Origin: Bacteroidales bacterium
GTDB lineage: Bacteria; Bacteroidota; Bacteroidia; Bacteroidales; SZUA-534
Assembly (NCBI GenBank): GCA_045640185.1
Contig: JAZUEN010000053.1
Coordinates: 6,289 to 70,288, forward strand
Direction: 5' to 3'
DNA: 64,000 nucleotides
The translations under genes and the position numbers were made by a program. Positions 58,512 through 64,000 of the stretch are shown one piece after another. The notes beneath the pieces were generated by a model, which was not told the origin of the DNA, did no database searches, and saw only the letters and a program-made list of their open reading frames with translations. The number at the start of each line of letters is the position of its first letter. Position 1 is the stretch's first letter.

Positions 58512-59111
58512 ATGATTTGTTTGTGGCAAAAGTATAAAAGCAAATAACATTTTAGGCAAAAATGCAAAAAAATACTTAGGTAAGTGATATGTAAGTCTAT
58601 GTTCCATAAACAAAAAAGCCGGTTTTTGTGGACTACTAAATCCGATGCAACCCAAAGAAACAGGTATAAAAAAGTTCCTCCGCCCGCCCCGATGAAAATC
58701 CCGCATACATCACGGCAGATGGTGGCGTGGAACTTGAGTTAGGCGGTCATGACAGCATTGAACAGAATATCGTAGACTATTTCACTCGTTTGGGAAACGA
58801 CAGCATTTCATTTAGCGGAATAAAGGATTCCGAACCCAAGACAATAAACGGAATACACGTCCGTGAAATGAGGGGCGAGGTTATGAAGGATAAGAATGGA
58901 CATAGGTATTATGGAAGATGAATCCTAAAATATTTGTCACTGAAAAGCAAAAAACTCTATCGGAACCCGCCCGCGTCACCCGCTATCGAAAGCGCCAAAC
59001 AAGTCATTGAAAATATGCATAATCGCACCTTCAGTGCCTGGCATATTGTTTGTTACATAAGAAATATAGGTATTTTAGTGAATCAGCGAACGTTAATTGC
59101 TTTAAATTGAC

Positions 59112-59119
59112 TACTTTTG
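59112..59119 (+). promoter_or_regulatory. putative -7 promoter box (TACTTTTG)
   Basis: Matches TAnnTTTG. Lies 25 nt upstream of the ATG at 59144. Confidence 0.35.
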
Positions 59120-59143
59120 CGCGAATTTTTTTGAAGGTATAAA

Positions 59144-60559
59144 ATGAAACGAAAAATTTCCATTGGTGACATTACAATGAAGCAGGCCGCCGATAAGGCA
59201 GGCTACGCCTTTTCATTCCGTGAGAAGATTGAATTGGCAAAGCTTCTTGACAAACTTGGACTTTCTGTTATCGAGGTTAGTCCCATAGTTGACGGCAAGA
59301 CAGACAGCTTACTCATAAAGTCGCTTGCATCAACAGTTAAAACCAGTGCTGTTGCCGTTCCCCTCAACATTTTTGAGGCCGACACAGTTGACACAACCTG
59401 GAACGCCTTGAAGGGCGCCGCACATCCTCGATTGCAAATCTCGGTTCCTGTCAGCACCGTACAGATGGAATATTTCTGCCACAAGAAACCAGCCGCAGTG
59501 CTCGACCTCATATCAGACCTTACGGCACGCAGCCGCGCACTTTGTCCCGATGTTGAATTCGTTGCCGAAGATTTCGGCCGCAGCGACAAGGACTTTTTGT
59601 GGCAAGCCGTTGAAGCAGCCGTCAAGAACGGCGCAACCATAGTAACCGTATGCGACGCGGCAGGCAACCTGCTGCCCGACGAGTTCTACAGCCTTGTGAA
59701 GCAGGTTAAGGAATCGTTGCCCGAAAACGTAAGGCTTGGCGTACGCTGCTCAAACGAATTCTACCTTGCCGACTCGTGCGCCATATCGGCCGTACGTGCT
59801 GGCGCCGACGAGATAAAGACCGCCCCTTTCGGCAACTTCACCGTCTCGCTCGAACGCTTTGTCAAGATACTGAACGCAAAAGTCGATGTATGCGAGGCCA
59901 CTTGCGATGTACACGCAACCGAACTTCAGCGCGTTGTGAGCCAAATCAAGCGCCTGTGCCAGACCAACCGCTCAAAACCGACATCGTTCAGCAACATCAC
60001 GCCTGAAGACAGGTCCGATATCCAACTGACCATTCACGACGACAAGGAAACCGTGATTGGCGCCGTGCGCAAGCTCAACTACGACCTTACCGAAGACGAT
60101 GCCCAAAACGTGTTCGACGCATTCGTACGCGTGGCTTCAAAGAACGACACCGTCGGCCCGAAGGAACTCGACGCAATAGTCGCCTCGGTGGCATTTCAGG
60201 TGCCTCCAACCTACAAGCTCGAGAGTTACGTCATCAATTCGGGCAATGTGATAACAGCCACCTGCCACATAATGCTCAAAAAGGGCGATGCGGTAATGGA
60301 GAGCGTATGCGTGGGCGACGGCCCAATCGACGCCGCATTCCTTGCAATAGAAAAGGTGATTGGGCGCCACTACGAGCTCGACGATTTTCAGATACAATCA
60401 GTGACTGAAGGCCGCGAAGCAATGGGCGAGACTGTTGTCCGCCTGCGCTTTGAAGGCAAGATATATTCAGGAAGAGGCATTTCAACCGATATCGTCGGCT
60501 CAAGCATCGACGCATATCTTAATGCCGTAAACAAAATAGCATTTGAGGAGGGCGAATAA
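59144..60559 (+). CDS. LeuA/HMGL-like protein with degenerate catalytic motifs and an intact LeuA-type C-terminal domain
   Basis: TIM-barrel HMGL-like N-terminus, but IGDITMKQAAD replaces DTTLRDGEQ and VRCSNEF replaces the HxH metal site. The C-terminal GDGPIDAAFLAIEKV...GRGISTDIVGSSIDAYLNAVNK matches the LeuA dimerisation/regulatory domain. Confidence 0.65.
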   Translation: MKRKISIGDITMKQAADKAGYAFSFREKIELAKLLDKLGLSVIEVSPIVDGKTDSLLIKSLASTVKTSAVAVPLNIFEADTVDTTWNALKGAAHPRLQISVPVSTVQMEYFCHKKPAAVLDLISDLTARSRALCPDVEFVAEDFGRSDKDFLWQAVEAAVKNGATIVTVCDAAGNLLPDEFYSLVKQVKESLPENVRLGVRCSNEFYLADSCAISAVRAGADEIKTAPFGNFTVSLERFVKILNAKVDVCEATCDVHATELQRVVSQIKRLCQTNRSKPTSFSNITPEDRSDIQLTIHDDKETVIGAVRKLNYDLTEDDAQNVFDAFVRVASKNDTVGPKELDAIVASVAFQVPPTYKLESYVINSGNVITATCHIMLKKGDAVMESVCVGDGPIDAAFLAIEKVIGRHYELDDFQIQSVTEGREAMGETVVRLRFEGKIYSGRGISTDIVGSSIDAYLNAVNKIAFEEGE

Positions 60560-63045
60560 TGAAACTGTCATTCTCTACACGTGGCTGGACTGACATGTCA
60601 TGGAGCGAAATCCTTGACAATGCAAGCGAGATGCACTTCGCTGGAGTGGAAATATACAATCTTTTCAAGACACCCGAATTTGTGGCAAAAGGCGGACCTT
60701 TCCACAAATACTCGCTTATGGCCACATTGCGCGAACTGCGTGAAAAGAACCTGTCGATACCCTGTTTCGACACATCGGCCGACCTGTCTATTGAAAAGCC
60801 TGAAATGCTCTCCGAACTCGAAAGCCTTATCGGAATCGCTTCGGACATGCATTGCCCATACGTGTGCGCATTCGCTAAAGACGGCGACGTTGAAACCGTT
60901 AAGAAGAACCTTTCGACACTGATTCCCGTCGCCGAAGAAAAGAACGTCACCATCCTCATCAAGACAAGCGGAATATATGCCGATACAGCCTTGTTGCGCG
61001 ACTTGCTGAACTTCTTCGCCTGCGACCAGGTGGCCGTCATATGGGATGTTCACCACCCGTACCGCGACAAAGGCGAAACGCCATCGCAGACCATAACAAA
61101 CCTTGGAGCCTACATAAAGCATGTACACCTGCGCGACAGCGACGACGCCAACACATATAATATTATAGGCGAGGGCAACTTCCCTATCGCCAATGTGATG
61201 AAAGCCTTGTCGTCAGTTGACTACGACGGATTCATATCGCTGGAATGGAAACCCGAGTGGATGCTCGACTTCACCGACCGCGATGTCATTTTCCCGCATT
61301 TTGTCAACTATATGGGCCAATTCGAGAATACACGTGGCAAGAAAACCGCACTTTATCCTAACCACGACGGCTCGGGATACTACATCTGGAAAAAAGACGA
61401 ACTGCTGAACCTTACCTTCTCAAAGGTCCTCGACCGCGTGGTTGAGGAGTTCCCTGACCAGTACTGCTTCAAATACACCACGCTCGACTATACCCGCACC
61501 TACTCGGAGTTCCGCGACGATGTCGACGACTTTGCACGGGCACTTGTGTCGTTAGGCGTAAGGCCAGGCTCAAAAGTGGCAGTATGGTGTACAAACATTC
61601 CTGCTTGGTACATAACGTTTTGGGCGACAGTAAAAATAGGTGCTGTGCTTGTTACAGTCAACACCGCATACAAGATTCACGAGGCCGAATATCTGCTCCG
61701 CCAGTCAGACACCCACACTCTTGTAATGATTGAGAGTGCGCTCGACTCCAACTACAAGGCCATAATGAACGAACTTTGTCCTGAAATAGCGACAAACGAG
61801 CCAGGCAAGCCGCTTCACTGCAAGCGTCTGCCGTTCCTGCGCAATGTCATAACAGTGGGCTACCGCCAGAAAGGTTGCCTGACATTCCAGCAGGCAATGG
61901 CCCGCCGCGATCTAGTTCCGCTCGAAGAGATTCAGCGCATGGCCGCAGCCGTACATCCCGACGACGTCTGCAATATGCAATACACTTCAGGCACAACAGG
62001 GTTCCCTAAAGGTGTGATGCTTACACACTACAACGTGGTCAACAACGGAAAGTGCATTGGCGACCGCATGGGCCTGTCAACAGCCGACCGCATGATGATT
62101 CAGGTGCCAATGTTCCACTGCTTTGGAATGGTGCTGTCAATGACTTCGTCAATAACACACGCCACAACAATGTGCCCTATGCCGTACTTCTCGGCAAAAT
62201 CATCGCTGGCCTGCATCAACCAGGAGCATATAACCTGCTTCAACGGCGTGCCGACAATGTTCATAGCAATGTTCAATCATCCCGACTACCGCAAGACCGA
62301 CTTCTCGTACATGCGTACAGGCATTATGGCTGGTTCCGGCTGTCCTGCCGACCTCATGCGCCGCGCCGCCGAACCCGACGAGATGAATATGCGGGGCATC
62401 ATAAGCGTTTACGGACAGACCGAAACGGCACCAGGCAACACCATGTCGTCCTGGACTGACGACATCGACGTCAGATGCGATACCGTGGGCTACGCATTCC
62501 CGCACGTGCGATGCAAGATTATCGATCCTGAGACTGGCCTTGAAGTGCCTGCTGGCACAAACGGCGAGTTCTGCTCAAAGGGATACAATATGATGAAGGG
62601 CTACTACAAGATGCCCGACGCCACAGCACAGACAATAGACGCCGAGGGATGGTTGCACAGCGGCGACCTTGCCTGCGTTGATGAACACGGCAACTATCGC
62701 ATCACAGGACGTCTGAAAGATATGATAATCCGTGGTGGTGAGAATATCTATCCTAAAGAAATAGAGGAATTTATATACACACATCCAAAAGTGAAGGATG
62801 TTCAGGTGATTGGCGTTCCCGACGAGAAATACGGCGAAGAGGCAATGGCCTGCATCATACTTAAGGAAGGTGAAAGCATTTCGGAAGAAGATATGCGGGC
62901 ATTCATCGTAGGCCGTCTTGCACGCCACAAGGTGCCACGCTACATCGACTTTGTTAAATCATTCCCGATGAACGCCGCAGGCAAGATTCTCAAGTACAAG
63001 ATGAGGGAAGAGGCTGTGGAGAAGTTGGGGCTGAAGAAGAATTAG
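60559..63045 (+). CDS. fusion protein: xylose-isomerase-like TIM barrel (N-terminal ~270 aa) + AMP-dependent synthetase/ligase (C-terminal ~550 aa)
   Basis: The N-terminus has AP_endonuc_2-like features (HVHLRDS, ISLEWKPEW). The C-terminus has adenylation motifs YTSGTTGFPKGVMLTH, YGQTE, GWLHSGD and the terminal NAAGKILK. The ATG overlaps the upstream TAA (TAATG). Confidence 0.8.
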   Translation: MKLSFSTRGWTDMSWSEILDNASEMHFAGVEIYNLFKTPEFVAKGGPFHKYSLMATLRELREKNLSIPCFDTSADLSIEKPEMLSELESLIGIASDMHCPYVCAFAKDGDVETVKKNLSTLIPVAEEKNVTILIKTSGIYADTALLRDLLNFFACDQVAVIWDVHHPYRDKGETPSQTITNLGAYIKHVHLRDSDDANTYNIIGEGNFPIANVMKALSSVDYDGFISLEWKPEWMLDFTDRDVIFPHFVNYMGQFENTRGKKTALYPNHDGSGYYIWKKDELLNLTFSKVLDRVVEEFPDQYCFKYTTLDYTRTYSEFRDDVDDFARALVSLGVRPGSKVAVWCTNIPAWYITFWATVKIGAVLVTVNTAYKIHEAEYLLRQSDTHTLVMIESALDSNYKAIMNELCPEIATNEPGKPLHCKRLPFLRNVITVGYRQKGCLTFQQAMARRDLVPLEEIQRMAAAVHPDDVCNMQYTSGTTGFPKGVMLTHYNVVNNGKCIGDRMGLSTADRMMIQVPMFHCFGMVLSMTSSITHATTMCPMPYFSAKSSLACINQEHITCFNGVPTMFIAMFNHPDYRKTDFSYMRTGIMAGSGCPADLMRRAAEPDEMNMRGIISVYGQTETAPGNTMSSWTDDIDVRCDTVGYAFPHVRCKIIDPETGLEVPAGTNGEFCSKGYNMMKGYYKMPDATAQTIDAEGWLHSGDLACVDEHGNYRITGRLKDMIIRGGENIYPKEIEEFIYTHPKVKDVQVIGVPDEKYGEEAMACIILKEGESISEEDMRAFIVGRLARHKVPRYIDFVKSFPMNAAGKILKYKMREEAVEKLGLKKN

Positions 63046-63072
63046 AAATATTATTTGGTGAATTATATATGG

Positions 63073-63105
63073 CGTAAGGTTGGTTTTTATCAGCCTTACG
63101 TTTTG
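63073..63105 (+). terminator. rho-independent terminator
   Basis: CGTAAGG-loop-CCTTACG followed by TTTTG. Confidence 0.6.
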
Positions 63106-63123
63106 CATTAAAAGAAAAACAAA

Positions 63124-64000
63124 ATGTCAAAGAATTTAGTAACCATTGACGGCAACGAGGCTGCATCTCATATCGCGTATGAGTTCACAGAAATAGCCGC
63201 CATTTATCCTATCACGCCGTCGTCGCCTATGGCCGAACACACTGACGCATGGTCGGCAAAAGGCAGAAAAAATATTTTTGGCCAGCAAGTCACCTTGATT
63301 GAGATGCAATCGGAGGCAGGTGCCATTGGCGCAGTTCACGGCGCAGCACAGACAGGCTCGCTCGCTACAAGTTTCACATCGAGCCAGGGCCTGATGCTTA
63401 TGATTCCGGTCCTTCACCGTATTGCAGGCGAACGTCTACCTGTAGTTCTGCACGTTGCAGCACGTACAGTGGGCACCCACGCAATGAGCATCTTCGGCGA
63501 CCATTCCGATGTTATGGGCTGCCGCAACACAGGTTTTGCAATGCTTTGCTCAGGTAGCGTGCAGGAAGTTGTCGATATGGCAGGAGTCGCTCATTTGGCT
63601 GCAATCAAGGGGCAGACACCATTTATGCACTTCTTCGACGGGTTCCGCACATCGCACGAGATAAACACCGTTGAAATGATTGACACGCAGAGACTTGCCG
63701 CAATGCTCGACAAGGATGCGCTAGCCGCCTTCCGTGCTCACGCACTCAATCCGGAGCATCCGCTTATGCGTGGCACTGTCCAGAACCCTGACGTCTTCTT
63801 CCAGGTCCGTGAGGCCTGCAACACATACTACGACGCTCTTCCAGAGATTGTTGAGAACTATCTTGGACAGATAAGCGCACTTACAGGCCGCGAATATCAC
63901 CTATTCAACTACTACGGTGCCAAAGACGCCACCGATATTGTAATAGCAATGGGCAGCGTATCGGGCGCAATAAAGGAAGCCGTTGACGAACTGAACGCAA
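63124..64000 (+). CDS. nifJ: pyruvate:ferredoxin (flavodoxin) oxidoreductase, N-terminal part (runs off the window)
   Basis: My translation from the ATG at 63124 gives MSKNLVTIDGNEAASHIAYEFTEIAAIYPITPSSPMAEHTDAW...GFRTSHE, the PFOR domain I signature. The frame is open to the window end. It is absent from the ORF track because no stop codon is reached. Confidence 0.85.
   Translation, partial: MSKNLVTIDGNEAASHIAYEFTEIAAIYPITPSSPMAEHTDAWSAKGRKNIFGQQVTLIEMQSEAGAIGAVHGAAQTGSLATSFTSSQGLMLMIPVLHRIAGERLPVVLHVAARTVGTHAMSIFGDHSDVMGCRNTGFAMLCSGSVQEVVDMAGVAHLAAIKGQTPFMHFFDGFRTSHEINTVEMIDTQRLAAMLDKDALAAFRAHALNPEHPLMRGTVQNPDVFFQVREACNTYYDALPEIVENYLGQISALTGREYHLFNYYGAKDATDIVIAMGSVSGAIKEAVDELNA

Noticed and set aside
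58727-58921. 64-aa ORF (ELELGGHDSIEQNIVDYFTRLGNDS…) between the TPR-LuxR gene and the LeuA-like gene
   Set aside because: It has a non-ATG start, no recognisable motif and no promoter box. It may be a gene remnant, but there is not enough evidence to call a CDS.

Overview
Densely coding chromosomal window from a Bacteroidota (Bacteroidales-like) genome. Supporting signs are TAnnTTTG-type -7 promoter boxes, T9SS C-terminal sorting domains, the ExbB-ExbD-ExbD layout and BspA-LRR/Listeria-Bacteroides-repeat surface proteins. Housekeeping genes include rpiB, coaX, tRNA-Ser(GGA), an exbB/exbD cluster, ilvD-ilvB-ilvN-ilvC, dgt, lspA, a dksA/traR-like gene, ileS, tatD, glycogen synthase and the 5' end of nifJ (PFOR). 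Accessory content includes a 2345-aa T9SS surface protein with near-identical internal DNA repeats, a T9SS GH10 xylanase, a MacAB-TolC-type efflux operon and a YafQ-type toxin-antitoxin pair. There is also an 8.8-kb insertion between ileS and dksA-lspA. It carries a tightly packed 7-gene operon (ABC ATPase, two paralogous membrane proteins, a YtrA-type GntR regulator, a truncated GntR C-terminal mini-ORF, two orphan lipoproteins), an acyltransferase and a YhcG-type PDDEXK gene. The points most worth a second look are: (1) a Val-rich leader peptide with a four-segment terminator/antiterminator upstream of ilvD; (2) the ileS/dksA island and its repeat-marked borders; (3) mosaic short-tandem-repeat/palindrome elements, one sitting inside the efflux operon; (4) a LeuA-like protein that has lost the canonical catalytic motifs and is translationally coupled to a TIM-barrel/adenylating-enzyme fusion; (5) a LuxR cluster with an HTH-only paralog and shared palindromic motifs. 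No CRISPR array, rRNA, integrase or transposase was seen. All product calls rest on motif recognition by eye, without database searches.
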